Shown here in pieces: positions 33,421 to 46,420 of a stretch of DNA of 64,000 nucleotides (positions within the stretch are counted from its first letter, which is position 1; each line of letters starts with the position of its first letter). Under the pieces are notes generated by a model, which was not told the DNA's origin, searched no databases, and worked only from the letters and a program-made list of their open reading frames with translations. Source of the stretch: Octopus sinensis (lineage: Eukaryota); the NCBI RefSeq assembly GCF_006345805.1, contig NC_043023.1:13888001-13952000 (forward strand). Reading direction: 5' to 3'. The position numbers and the translations under genes are program-made.

Positions 33421-35021
33421 TCTTCGGGCATTGGGCCTCACCGAGGCAATGACAAGTGACGGAGACCTTTGGAGATATGCTGTGCTTGAGAAGACCCAGC
33501 AAGCCAAGTGAGACCATAACCATGGCCTATGCCTGTGCTGCATAACCAGCCCATTTAAGAGTACCCTTCAATCACTGGGCAATAAACTACGTTTGTGAAA
33601 TCGCTGTTGTGGCTGATGACAATACTGCCTGATTGGCACCTGTGCCAGAGGAAGGTTAAAAGCACCATTCAAGTGTGATGGTAGCCAGGGCCGCTGACTG
33701 GCTCCCATGCTGGTGGCACATAAAAAGCACCATTCGAGTGTGGCTGATGCCAGTACTGCCTGACTGGTTCCAGGTTCAGTCGCACTACATGCCACCTTGG
33801 GCAAGTTTTTCCAATAATATCGCCTCGGACCAACCAATGCCTTGTGAGTAGATTTGGTAGATGGAAACTGAAAGAAGCCTATTGTGTTTATATATCATCA
33901 TCACCATTGTTTGACGTCCACTTTCCATGCTAGCATGGGTTGGACGATTTGACTGAGGTCTGGCGAACCAGACTCCAATCTGATCTGGCAGTGTTTCTAC
34001 AGCTGGATGCCCTTCCTAACGCCAACCACTCCGAGAGTGTAGCGGGTGCTTTTACATGCCACTGGCACGAGGGCCAGTCAGGTGGTACTGGCAACGGCCA
34101 CGCCCAAATGGTGCTTTTTATGTATCACCTGCACAGGAGCCAGTCGAGCAGCACTGGCAATGACCTTGCTTAAATGTTTTATCACGTGCCACCAGCACAA
34201 GTGCCAGTAAGGCGACGCAGGTAAAGATCACGCTCGAATGGCGTTTTTTACGTCCCACTGGCACAGAGGCCATCTCGTTGCTCTGGCAACGATAACGCTT
34301 GTATGGTACTCTTATAACTCCACTAGCACAATATTTATATATAAGCAGGGTGGCCATTAGCGCAGGAGTGGCTGTGTGGTAAGAAGCTTGCTTCCTAATT
34401 CCATGGTTCCAGGTTCAGTCCCACTTCATGGCACATTGGGCAAGTGTCTTCTACTGCAGCCTCGGACCGAGCAAAGCCTTGTGAGTGGATTTGGTAGACG
34501 GAAACTGAAAGAAGCCTGTCATATATATACAGGATGATTCAAAAGTCGCCATACATAGGAACAATTTATCTTTTTATAAGCCAGCCACGCCTGGCCCTTA
34601 TGCCGGTGGCACATAAAAAGCACCATCCGATCGTGGCCGTTTGCCAGCCTTGTCTGGCCCCTGTGCCGGTGACACGTAAAAAGCACCATCCGAATTGTGG
34701 CCGATGCCAGCGCCGCCTTGACTGGCTTCCGTGCCGGTGGCATGTAAAATGCACCATCCGATCGTGGCCGTTGCCAGCCTCGTCTGGCACCAGTGCAGGT
34801 GGCACGTAAAAGCACCCACTACACTCATGGAGTGGTTGGCGTTAGGAAGGGCATCCAGTTGTAGAAACATTGCCAGATCAGACTGGAGCCTGGTGCAGCC
34901 TTCTGGTTTCCCAGACCCCAGTTGAAACGTCCAACCCATGCTAGCATGGAAAGCAGACGCTAAACAAAGATGATGATGATGATGATAAGGAACAGTTTAT
35001 AAGAACAGTTTCTTTTTTTAT

Positions 35022-35153
35022 TTAACAGGCTCTTAAATGGTTACCATGGTTTTGAATACCCATAGCAATACGTTTACCCAACTCATTGTGAACTCATAAT
35101 AATAACACATCTGGTGATACGTGAGCAAAGGAGTTGGGGATGCGTTCCTTCAA
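35022..35153 (-). pseudogene. Transposase C-terminal remnant (Tc1/mariner-like)
   Basis: The reverse strand reads LKERIPNSFAHVSPDVLLL*VHNELGKRIAMGIQNHGNHL, resembling the LKxRI...MLxxVxxExxxR...NGxH end of Tc1/mariner-group transposases. It has one internal stop. Confidence 0.6.
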
Positions 35154-35643
35154 ATGATTTAGGTATTTTATCTTTCTGCTCTCGGAGTGGTTGGCGTTAG
35201 GAAGGGCATCCAGCTGTAGAAACTCTGCCAGATCAAGATTGGAGCCTGGTGTGGCCATCTGGTTCGCCAGTCCTCAGTCAAAATCGTCCAACCCATGCTA
35301 GCATGGAAAGCGGACGTTAACCAATGATGGTGATGATCTTTCTGTGATACACCATGCTTTTCAAATGCCCCCCAAAGATAGAAATCAAGAGGGGTCAGAT
35401 TAGGGAATCTAGGGGATCTTATAAACTGTTACTCTTTACTCTTTTACTTGTTTCAGTCATTTTAACTGCGGCCATGCTGGACACCGCCTTTAGTCGAGCA
35501 AATCGACCCTGGGACTTATTCTTTGTAAGCCCAGTACTTATTCTATCGGTCTCTTTTTGCCGAACCGCTAAGTGATGGGGACGTAAACACACCAGCATCG
35601 GTTGTCAAGCAATGCTAGGAGGACAAACACAGACACACAAACG

Positions 35644-35685
<42 letters not shown>

Positions 35686-35689
35686 TACG

Positions 35690-36570
35690 ACAGGCTTCTT
35701 TCAGTTTCCGTCTACCAAATCCACTCACAAGGCATTGGTCAGCCCGGGGCTATAGCAGAAGACACTTGCCCAAGATGCCACGCAGTGGGACTGAACCCGG
35801 AGCCATGTGGTTGGTTAGCAAGCTACTTACCACACAGTCACTCCTACGCCTATATATATATATATATATATACGACAGGCTTCTTTCAGTTTCCGTCTAC
35901 CAAATCCACTCACAAGGCTTTGGTTGGCCCGGGGCTATAGCAGAAGACACTTGCCCAAGATGCCACGCAGTGGGACTGAACCCGGGACCATGTGGTTGGT
36001 TAGCAAGCTACTTACCACACAGCCTCTCCTGTGCCTATATATACATATATACGATGGGCTTCTTTCAGTTTCTGTCTACCAAATCCACTCACAAGGCTTT
36101 GGTTGGCCCGGGGCTATAGCAGAAGACACTTGCCCAAGATGCCACGCAGTGGGACTGAACCCGGGACCATGTGGTTGGTTAGCAAGCTACTTACCACACA
36201 GCCTCTCCTGCGCCTATATATACATATATACGATGGGCTTCTTTCAGTTTCTGTCTACCAAATCCACTCACAAGGCTTTGGTTGGCCCGGGGCTATAGCA
36301 GAAGACACTTGCCCAAGATGCCACGCAGTGGGACTCAACCCGGGACCATGTGGTTGGTTAGCAAGCTACTTACCACACAGCCTCTCCTGCGCCTATATAT
36401 ACATATATACGATGGGTTTCTTTCAGTTTCTGTCTACCAAATCCACTCACAAGGCTTTGGTCGGCCCGAGGCTATAGCAGAAGACACTTGCCCAAGATGC
36501 CACGCAGTGGGACTGAACCCGGGACCATGTGGTTGGTAAGCAAGGTACTTACCACACAGCCACTCCTACG
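35690..36570 (-). mobile_element. Tandem array of 5 SINE-head units (~179 bp)
   Basis: The unit is the same as at 1-500. The ORF track shows periodic repeats (35924, 36103, 36282). Confidence 0.88.
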
Positions 36571-36948
36571 CCTATCTTACTTATAAAAATATAAATTTTT
36601 CCTATGTATGGAGACTTTTGAATCACCCTGTATATATATATATCACGTGATCACGTGACTGATCAGACCATCAGATGTTGTTACACATCGCTGGTCACAA
36701 TGCGTTCACATTGTTTTAGCCGTCGAATGACGCCACCCCGCTGGCTAAGCGAGCAGGCCAACAGAAGAAAGAGTGGTGAAAGAGTACAGCAGGGATCACC
36801 ACCCCCTGCTGGAGCCTTGTGGAGCTTTTAGGTGTTTCCACTCAATAAACACTCACAACGCCCGGTCTGGGAATCGAAACTGCGATCCTACGACCACTGG
36901 GCCATTGCGCCTCCACGTATATATACATATATATATACACACACACAC

Positions 36949-36996
<48 letters not shown>

Positions 36997-37924
36997 GAGC
37001 TGTAGGCATGGCTGTGTGATAAGGCAGTTGCTTTCCAACCACATGGTTCCGGGTTCAAGTCCCACTGCATGGCAACTTGGGTTTGGGGATCTCTGATATA
37101 GAGGTTTCCCCCTACAGGAAAGTAAGACAGTAGGGGGTGATTTGAGGGAGACTTAGCTGCTATTTCTTGCATGCTTATATATAAATATATATTTGTTTGT
37201 GTGTCTGTGTTTGTCTCCCCCAACATTGCTTGACAACCGATGCTGGTGTGTTTACATCCCCGTAACTTAGCAGTTCGGCAAAAGAGACCGATAGACTAAG
37301 TACTAGGCTTCCAAAGAATAAGTCCTGCGGTCGATTTGCTCGACTAAAGGCGGTACTCCAGCATGGCCACAGTCACATGACTGAAACAAGTAAAAGAGCA
37401 AAAGGATAATGCCATACTGTACATTAGATAATGTAGTCCTAGGTACCCTATGTCTAGATAAAAGATGGGATGGTCACAACTGGAACACCTTTGATCATAG
37501 ATCTGTCTGGATTAGGACTGACCAGGGGTTAAACAACAGCAGCAACTGTAACCATTAATATTAACTACTATACTACACATTAGATAATGTAGTCCTAGAT
37601 ACACTGTGTTTGCATATAAACTGCAATCACCAAGGTGATTGGTGTACGTGTCAAAGCCCACCAATGTGGGACTTAACATGGTTGCTCTAATCTCTAGAAA
37701 TAGCAGCCAAATCTCCCTCGAATCACCTGTTGTCTTATCTATGTAAATATGTTTGTATGAGCCAATGAGGAAGACCTCTACGTGGTATCTAGACCTTGTA
37801 GAAATAGTAGCCAAATCTCCCTCAAGTCACACCCTACTGTCTTATCTTATCGACAGATTTCATAAAGCATATGCATACACTTGTACTTTGAGTAGGCCTA
37901 GAGGTTAGAATTGCTTCATATTAA

Positions 37925-38145
37925 CTCTTTCGTTACCAACCCAGCTGAAACCACCTCTGGATCTGTAGTACAAATGTCTTGTTTTCATAAGTTTTGAATT
38001 AAAATCTTTCACCTAACTTTAGTCACGATTTATGTTCCTAACACTAGTTTAAGGATAACTAAGTTATTTTAGTAAATTCTTTGTTATATTTAAAGTAAAG
38101 GAAAGAAACACAGAGCATCTCAACAGAAATATGGTAACAAAAGGG
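37925..38145. mobile_element. piggyBac-type MITE with TTAA flanks
   Basis: TTAA|CTCTTTCGTTACC...GGTAACAAAAGGG|TTAA. Confidence 0.7.
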
Positions 38146-38229
38146 TTAAAGAATACAGACATTGGGAGTTGGAGTCGGTATAGTTTTACTGACTCCAACT
38201 CTAGCTACCCCTTAATTGTTTCTGAATCC

Positions 38230-38780
38230 GATTCCACAACCCTGGTTGAAATACCCTGCTTTTGTTTCAATGAATTTTGAAAATAATGAAGAATTTAGTA
38301 AAATAACTATCATTATTAAGCTGGTGTTTGGAGCATAAATTAACATAAATTAACAAGAAATTTTGATTGAAAGTTTTAATTTAGATCATTAACCATTTTC
38401 TTAGCATATTTCTATTGAAATACACTGAGTTTGTTGCAATTAATTTTGAAATTAATGAAGAATTTAGTAAAATAACTGTCATTTTTAAACTGGTGTTTGA
38501 AGCATAAATTAACAAGAAATTTTGATTGAAAGTTTTAATTTAGACCACTTTAACCCTTTTCTTAGCATATTTCTGTGGAAATACACTGACTTTGTTGCAA
38601 TTAATTTTGAAATTAATGAAGAATTTAGTAAAATAACTGTCATTATTGATCTGGTGTTTGGAGCATTAATTAACAGGAAATTTTGATTGAAAGTTTTAAT
38701 TTAGTCCACTTTAACCATTTTGTTACCTTATTTCTGTTGAAATACGCTGCCTTTGTTGCAATTAAGTTTGTGTTTGGAAC
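38230..38780. repeat. AT-rich tandem repeat (~161-169 bp, ~3.3 copies) joined at TTAACC motifs
   Basis: The marker gaagaatttagtaaaataact occurs at 38288, 38457 and 38618. Confidence 0.8.
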
Positions 38781-39071
38781 ATTAAAAGATGGAGGAAATA
38801 CCATTTAGCATTTTATCCCATGTGTTAACAATTCTGCCTGTTTACTACCTTTCATCATCATCATCATCATGGCCCCAGTCAAATGACTGAAACAAGTAAA
38901 AGAATAATGCCACGGTCTTGGTCATGGCCTCTGTGAGGCCCAATGCTTGAAAGGAACTCAGCCACTTTGCCTCTCTGAGGCCCAATGCTCCAAAGGAAGT
39001 CAGCTGCTTTTCCTCTCTGAGGCCCAACACTCGAAATGAACTCTGTCACTTTTCCTCCCTGTCCTGGACAG

Positions 39072-39166
39072 GAGCAAAGAGCCAACGTGAAATTCTGCAT
39101 TAAACTTGGGAAGTCTGCTATGGAGACATTGAGTAAGCTTATGGCGATGAGGCAATGGGTTGTACG
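39072..39166 (+). pseudogene. Mariner transposase N-terminal (HTH) fragment
   Basis: EQRANVKFCIKLGKSAMETLS, then after a frameshift AYGDEAMGCT, matching the mariner consensus EQRxxIKFCxKLGKSAxET...QAYGDEAMS. Confidence 0.75.
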
Positions 39167-39649
39167 TAAATATATACATACATATATATATACACAAACA
39201 CAACAGGCTTCTTTCAGTTTCCATCTACCAAATCTGCTCAAGGCTTTGGTCAGTTTGAGGCTATAGAAGATACTTGCTCAAGGTGCCACACTGTGGGACT
39301 GAACCCAGACATGCAGCCACGCCATTGTATGTGTGTGTATATATATATACACACACACACAACATGCACACATACATATACCTATTTTTTATTACCCACA
39401 AGGGGCTAAACATAGAGAGGACAAACATGGACAGACATAGGTATTAAGTCGATTATATCGACCCCAGTGCTTAACTGGTACTTAATTTATCGACCCCGAA
39501 AGGATGAAAGGCAAAGTCGACCTCAGTGGAATTTGAACTCACAACGTAACGGCAGCCGAAATACCGCTAAGCATTTCGCCCGACGTGCTAACAATTCTAC
39601 CAGCTCGCCGCACACGTACATACACCGTCCCATGCCACACAGCCATGCT

Positions 39650-39700
<51 letters not shown>

Positions 39701-40928
39701 CAAAATGGGACAAGAATGCAAAACATCAGGACAGTTAGGTGATACAAAAAAGGGACAATAAAACATCCAGATAGACGATACAAAGAAAACAAGGACAGGT
39801 CATTTGGAGTTTGCTTTCCTCAGTCGAGTTCCAGATTATCTTTGCAATTTTGGCTGGTTATACTCGAGATTGCGCCAATCTGACCAGCCCCAAGGAAAAA
39901 CTGAGCTGAGAGTATTAGATTCCTTGGAAGAAAGCAGCGAATGTATATGAAAACAAGGAGGGAAATTAAACGGAGAATGTTACACAAATACAAATAACAG
40001 GACATAACAACAGGTGTCTTTCGACTAAGGATGAAACAGATTAAGCTGGTGTGTGTGGAAGTAAAGCCTTACGGCAGGGATGCAAGATTTCACAGACACA
40101 GGGAGGAATATAGGTGTTGCACGGACGACGGCCGAACCAAGAAAGATCAGGCTTGGTCGAACACTGGTCACATGGGGAGTGAAGAGAGGGACAGAAGAAT
40201 TAGGGAGGGGCGAGAAAAAATGACAGGTACACAGTGAAGTGAAAAGAGGAGGGAAAGTGAGCAAGAAGAGAAGGCAGGGAAATGTGAGAGGGGGGAATGA
40301 AAGAACGAAGAGTGGAATGAACGAATAAGCGTGGAAGGGCTGATAGAAAGAAAGAATAGAGTCGTACAAGAATTAGATCAGCCCACTTATGCATGCCTTT
40401 CCTCCCTTGGACACACAAAGACCTGTTGAGGCAAGCGAAGTCAAAATCGAACCTCATCCGACGACAGGCACCCATGCCAACCTCCCTTCATTGGACACTA
40501 AACTCTGCTTGTGAAGACCTGTTGGGGCAAGTGAAATCGGAATCGAAATTGAACCAATCCTATGACTGGCACCCGGCAGTTGCCAGGACTGCTGGACTGA
40601 CTCCCGTGCAGGTGGCAAGTGAAGAAACACCATTTCGACCCTGTGCTTGAGGAGATCCATTGAGTCAAGTACACCGACATCAAGATCAATGGAAACTGCA
40701 GTTGTGATCCCTGTGCCGGTGACACATAAAAAGCACCATCTAAACGTGGCTGATGCCAGCGCCGCCAAGACTGGCTTCCGTGCCAGTGATGCGTAAAAAG
40801 CACCATCTCAACGTGGCCGATGCCAGCGCCGCCAAGACTGGCTTCCGTGCCGGTGGCAGGTAAAAAGCACCATCTGAACGTGGCCGATGCCAGCGCCGCC
40901 AAGACTGGCTTCCGTGCCGGTGGCAGGT

Positions 40929-41603
40929 AACTGAAAGAAGCCTGTTGAATATGTGTATATATGTATGTATATACTTGCGTATATATTACATACAACCTAT
41001 TGCCTCATCGCCATAAGCTTGCTCAACCACTCTGTGAGTGTAGTGGGTGCTTTTTACCTGCCACCGGCACGGAAGCCAGTCTTGGCGGCGCTGGCATCGG
41101 CCACGTTCAGATGGTGCTTTTTACCTGCCACCGGCACGGAAGCCAGTCTTGGCGGCGCTGGCATCGGCCACGTTCAGATGGTGCTTTTTACCTGCCACCG
41201 GCACGGAAGCCAGTCTTGGCGGCGCTGGCATCGGCCACGTTCAGATGGTGCTTTTTACCTGCCACCGGCACAGATGGTGCTTTTTACCTGCCACCGGCCG
41301 ATGCCAGCGCCGCCAAGACTGGCTTCTGTGCCGGTGGCAGGTAAAAAGCACCATCTGAACGTGGCCGATGCCAGCGCCGCCAAGACTGGCTTCCGTGCCG
41401 GTGGCAGGTAAAAAGCACCATCTGAACGTGGCCGATGCCAGCGCCGCCAAGACTGGCTTCCGTGCCGGTGGCAGGTAAAAAGCACCCACTACACTCACAG
41501 AGTGGTTGAGCAAGCTTATGGCGATGAGGCAATAGGTTGTATGTAATATATACGCAAGTATATACATACATATATACACATATTCAACAGGCTTCTTTCA
41601 GTT
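40929..41603. repeat. Near-perfect inverted repeat: 308-bp arms (40929-41236 and 41296-41603) with a 59-bp spacer, containing 67-bp tandem units
   Basis: The arms reverse-complement each other; ORFs 40953+ and 41579- have identical N-termini. The 67-bp unit also occurs in tandem at 40735-40928. Confidence 0.9.
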
Positions 41604-41910
41604 TCCGTCTACCAAATCCTTCCACACACACCAGCTTAATCTGTTTCATCCTTAGTCGAAAGACACCTGTTGTTATGTCCTGCTGTAGAAACACTGCCAG
41701 ATCAGACTGGAGCCTGGTGCAGCCTTTCTGGCTTCCCAGATCCCCGGTCGAACCGTCCAACCCATGCTAGCATGGAGAACGGACGTTAAACGATGATGAT
41801 GATTCCATCCTTGTGCGCATGCACACACACACACACACACACAAGCCATTATTACATTATACATTTCCACGCACATGTGCATACAGGAAAGCACTAGTCA
41901 TACAAACACA

Positions 41911-43590
41911 TACCTATTTCTTACTACCCACAAGGGGCTAAACACAGAGGAGACAAACATGGACAGACAAAGGGATTAAGTCGATTATATCGACCCCAGT
42001 GTGTAACTGGTACTTAATTTAATCGACCCCGAAAGGATGAAAGGCAAAGTCGATCTCGGCGGAATTTGAACTCAGAACGTAACGGCAGACGAAATACCTA
42101 TTTCTTTACTACCCACAAGGGGCTAAACACAGAGGGGACAAACAAGGACAGACACACGGATTAAGTCGATTATATCGACCCCAGTGTGTAACTGGTACTT
42201 ATTTAATCGACCCCGGAAGGATGAAAGGCAAAGTCGACCTCGGCGGAATTTGAACTCGGAACGTAAAGACAGACGAAACACCTATTTCTTTACTACCCAC
42301 AAGGGGCTAAACACAGAGAGGACAAACAAGGACAGACATAGGTATTAAGTCGATTATATCGACCCCAGTACGCAACTGGTACTTAATTTATCGACCCCGA
42401 AAGGATGAAAGGCAAAGTCGATCTCGGCGGAATTTGAACTCAGAACGTAACGGCAGACGAAATACCTATTTCTTTACTACCCACAAGGGGCTAAACACAG
42501 AGGAGACAAACATGGACAGACACACGGATTAAGTCGATTATATCGACCCCAGTGTGTAACTGGTACTTATTTAATCGACCCCGGAAGGATGAAAGGCAAA
42601 GTCGACCTCGGCGGAATTTGAACTCGGAACGTAAAGACAGACGAAACACCTATTTCTTTACTACCCACAAGGGGCTAAACACAGAGGGGACAAACATGGA
42701 CAGACATAGGTATTAAGTCGATTATATCGACCCCAGTACGCAACTGGTACTTAATTTATCGACCCCGAAAGGATGAAAGGCAAAGTCGATCTCGGCGGAA
42801 TTTGAACTCAGAACGTAACGGCAGACGAAATACCTATTTCTTTACTACCCACAAGGGGCTAAACACAGAGGAGACAAACATGGACAGACACACGGATTAA
42901 GTCGATTATATCGACCCCAGTGTGTAACTGGTACTTATTTAATCGACCCCGGAAGGATGAAAGGCAAAGTCGACCTCGGCGGAATTTGAACTCAGAACGT
43001 AAAGACAGACGAAACACCTATTTCTTTACTACCCACAAGGGGCTAAACACAGAGAGGACAAACAAGGACAGACATAGGTATTAAGTCGATTACATCGACC
43101 CCAGTGCTTAACTGGTACTTAATTTATCGACCCCGAAAGGATGAAAGGCAAAGTCGACCTCGGCGGAATTTGAACTCAGAACATAAAGACAGACGAAACA
43201 CCTATTTCTTTACTACCCACAAGGGGCTAAACACAGAGAGGACAAACAAGGACAGACATAGGTATTAAGTCGATTACATCGACCCCAGTGCTTAACTGGT
43301 ACTTAATTTATCGACCCCGAAAGGATGAAAGGCAAAGTCGACCTCGGCGGAATTTGAACTCAGAACATAAAGACAGACGAAACACCTATTTCTTTACTAC
43401 CCACAAGGGGCTAAACACAGAGAGGACAAACGGATTAATTCGATTATATCGACCCCAGTGCGTAACTGGTACTTAATTTATCGACCCTGAAAGGATGAAA
43501 GGCAAAGTCGACCTCGGCGGAATTTGAACTCAGAACGTAGCGGCAGACGAAATACAACTAAGCACTTCGCCCGGCGTGCTAACAATTCTG
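41911..43590 (-). mobile_element. 9-unit SINE concatemer (~183-bp unit) with dimeric higher-order structure
   Basis: Units start near 41911, 42096, 42280, 42463, 42646, 42831, 43015, 43199 and 43382. Head sequence appears only at 43555-43590. Confidence 0.9.
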
Positions 43591-44029
43591 AAAACACATA
43601 CCATCAGATACACACACACGCACTTGCAATCCAATACCACACATACACACACACACACAGGTCTCTCCTACTCCCTTCCCTTTCCTCCTACCACCCACAC
43701 CTCCAATATCAATAACCAGCTGTAACGAGTATTTATTGATTAGGTTAACAGGAAACTTTTGTTCTGTCCAATATATATTTTTTACCATATATCTGATTGA
43801 TTTTTTCTGCTTCTCCTTTCCTCACATTGTTGGCTGATCGGTCAAGCATAACCACGACCACCATCCACTTAGTACCATCGCTACCATCCACCACAGATGC
43901 TGGTGTTAACTGGCCATTCTGACGAAACTAACCAGGTTTGGAAAAACAGCAGCCAAGATCTTGGTTATTGTGTGTCCTGCCATTCAAAATAGGAAGGACG
44001 CCTTAGAGGTGGGGGTCGTCTTAGGTACA

Positions 44030-44630
44030 TTGCGTGTGAATAAAAGATGGGATAGTCACAACTGGAGTGTTTCGGATCATAGGTCTGTCTGGATCAGGAC
44101 CGGTATCAGGATACTGTGCATTGGATAATGTAGTCCTAGATACACTATGGCTGGAACATCTTTGATCATAGGTCTGTCTGGATCAGGACTGACCTAGGGC
44201 TAAACAACACCAGCTATAGCGATTAATACTAACTCTTATACTGTACATTAGATAATGTAGTCCTAGATGCACTATGCCTGAATAAAAGATGGGATGGTCA
44301 CAGCTGGAGTGTTTTTGACCATAGGTCTGTCTGGATCAGGACCAATATAGGGTTACTGTGCATTGAATAATGTAGTCCTAGATACACTATGCCTGAATAA
44401 AAGATGGGATGGTCACAGCTGGAACATCTTTGATCATCGGTCTGTCTGGATCAGGACTGACCTGGGGCTAAACAACAACAACAATTATAGCCACTAATAC
44501 TAACTACTATACTATACATTAGATAATGTAGTCCTAGATACACTATGCCTAAATGTAAGATGGGATGGTCACCGGTGGAACGTCTTTGATCATAGGTCTG
44601 TCTGGATCAGGACTGACCAGGGGTTAAAAA
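44030..44630 (+). repeat. Tandem array (~4 copies) of a ~120-150-bp repeat family
   Basis: The unit is gataatgtagtcctagatacactatgcctgaataaaagatgggatggtcacagctgga...ggatcaggactgacc. The family also occurs at 37400-37620 and 61950-62840. Confidence 0.85.
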
Positions 44631-44925
44631 AACCATGAACACCACCTTAAGAATTAGAATGTGCCACTATGTGGTCTCAAGATCTGCTAGAAATAGCAGC
44701 CAAATTTCCCATTAAATCTGATCCCTCATCTTTAGAAAGGGACAAGTCGGAAAATGTGCTTTTCTGGCCTGTTTATATATATGAAGAGAAAGAAAAATGG
44801 ATGGGATGGTCACAGCTGGAAAGCCTTGTCAGGTTTGACCTGGAGCTATTCAACAGTGAATTCAGGGAATACTACTGCCATCCCACCATGCCCACCACCC
44901 CGCTACAATACACATACACATGTGC

Positions 44926-44965
<40 letters not shown>

Positions 44966-45187
44966 GTTTATATGTATGTGTGTGTGTGTATATATATATA
45001 TGTTTATGTATATGCATATGTATGTATATATATGTGTGTATATATTTATATGCATATATGTGTGTGTGTGTCTATATATATATATTGTGTATATACTATA
45101 TTTCACGCACACACACCTGCATGTATACACATATATATATACATACATACACACACCTGCATATATATATATATATAGACACGCACC

Positions 45188-45230
<43 letters not shown>

Positions 45231-45287
45231 TATATATATATACACATACACATACACACACACCTGAATATACATACATATATATAA

Positions 45288-45318
<31 letters not shown>

Positions 45319-45347
45319 TACACATACATGCATACACACACACCTGA

Positions 45348-45378
<31 letters not shown>

Positions 45379-45899
45379 ACATACACACACACCTGCATAT
45401 ATATATATACACACATACATACACACACACCTGGATATACACATATATATATGTACATATATACACACACACACACCAATGTCACACCTCCTGTTTCTAG
45501 TTGCCTAAAATAAACATCCAACACTTTTCAGAGTCCTTTTGTAAGGAAACAAGAACGAACCAGACAGGTCTGCTTTTGGCTTTTTTTCTTCCCCCACCCC
45601 ACCCCACCCCACCCCACCCACCCCTCGTAATCTGCTTTTAGTCTGCAGCAATACCTGCATGCCTATATATGTATATGTGTGAATAGGGGTGTAGTGGTGT
45701 GTGTGCCTCTGTGTTTGCATAGGTCTATGCGAATGTGTTTGTGGTATCGTGTATACTGACGTGTGTGTGCATGTGTGAATATAAATAGGTGTGTGTGTGT
45801 TTGAGCCTGTGTGTGTCTGGAGGTGTATATATGTGTTGGTGAACAGGTGTGTGTTTGTGTATATCTCCATGTTTGTGTGTATATATCTACACGTTTGTG

Positions 45900-46420
45900 T
45901 GTGTATAGCTACACGCTTGTGTGTATGTGCGTATATCTACACGTTTGTATGTATGTGTATGTATATCAACACGTGTGTGTGTATGTGTGTATATCTATAA
46001 GTTTGTGTGTATATGTGTGTGTTTGTGTATATCTACACGTTTGTGTGTATATGTGTTTGTGTATGTATGTCTACACGTTTGTGTGTATATGTGTTTGTGT
46101 ATGTATGTCTACACGTTTGTGTGTATATGTGTTTGTGTATGTATGTCTACACGTTTGTGTGTATATGTGTTTGTGTATGTATGTCTACACGTTTGTGTGT
46201 ATATGTATTTGTGTATGTATGTCTACACGTTTGTGTGTATATGTGTTTGTGTATGTATGTCTACACGTTTGTGTGTGCATATCGACATGTTTGTATGTAT
46301 GTGTTTGTGTGTGTGCATATCTACACGCTTGTGTTTTTGTGTATATCTACACGTTTTTATGTATATGTATATATATATATATCTACACGTTTGTGTGTAT
46401 ATGTGTGTGTTTGTGTATAT
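45900..46420. repeat. 38-bp minisatellite (tctacacgtttgtgtgtatatgtgtttgtgtatgtatg)n
   Basis: A 38-bp period (46032, 46070, 46108, 46146). Confidence 0.9.

Larger units (their letters stand above)
34530..36630 (-). mobile_element. Internally deleted Tc1/mariner-superfamily DNA transposon with 51-bp TIRs and TA flanks, carrying nested SINEs
   Basis: TA|caggatgattcaaaagtcgccatacatagg...ttttataag (34530-34580) is the inverted match of cttataaaaa...cctatgtatggagacttttgaatcaccctg|TA (36580-36630). Confidence 0.75.
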
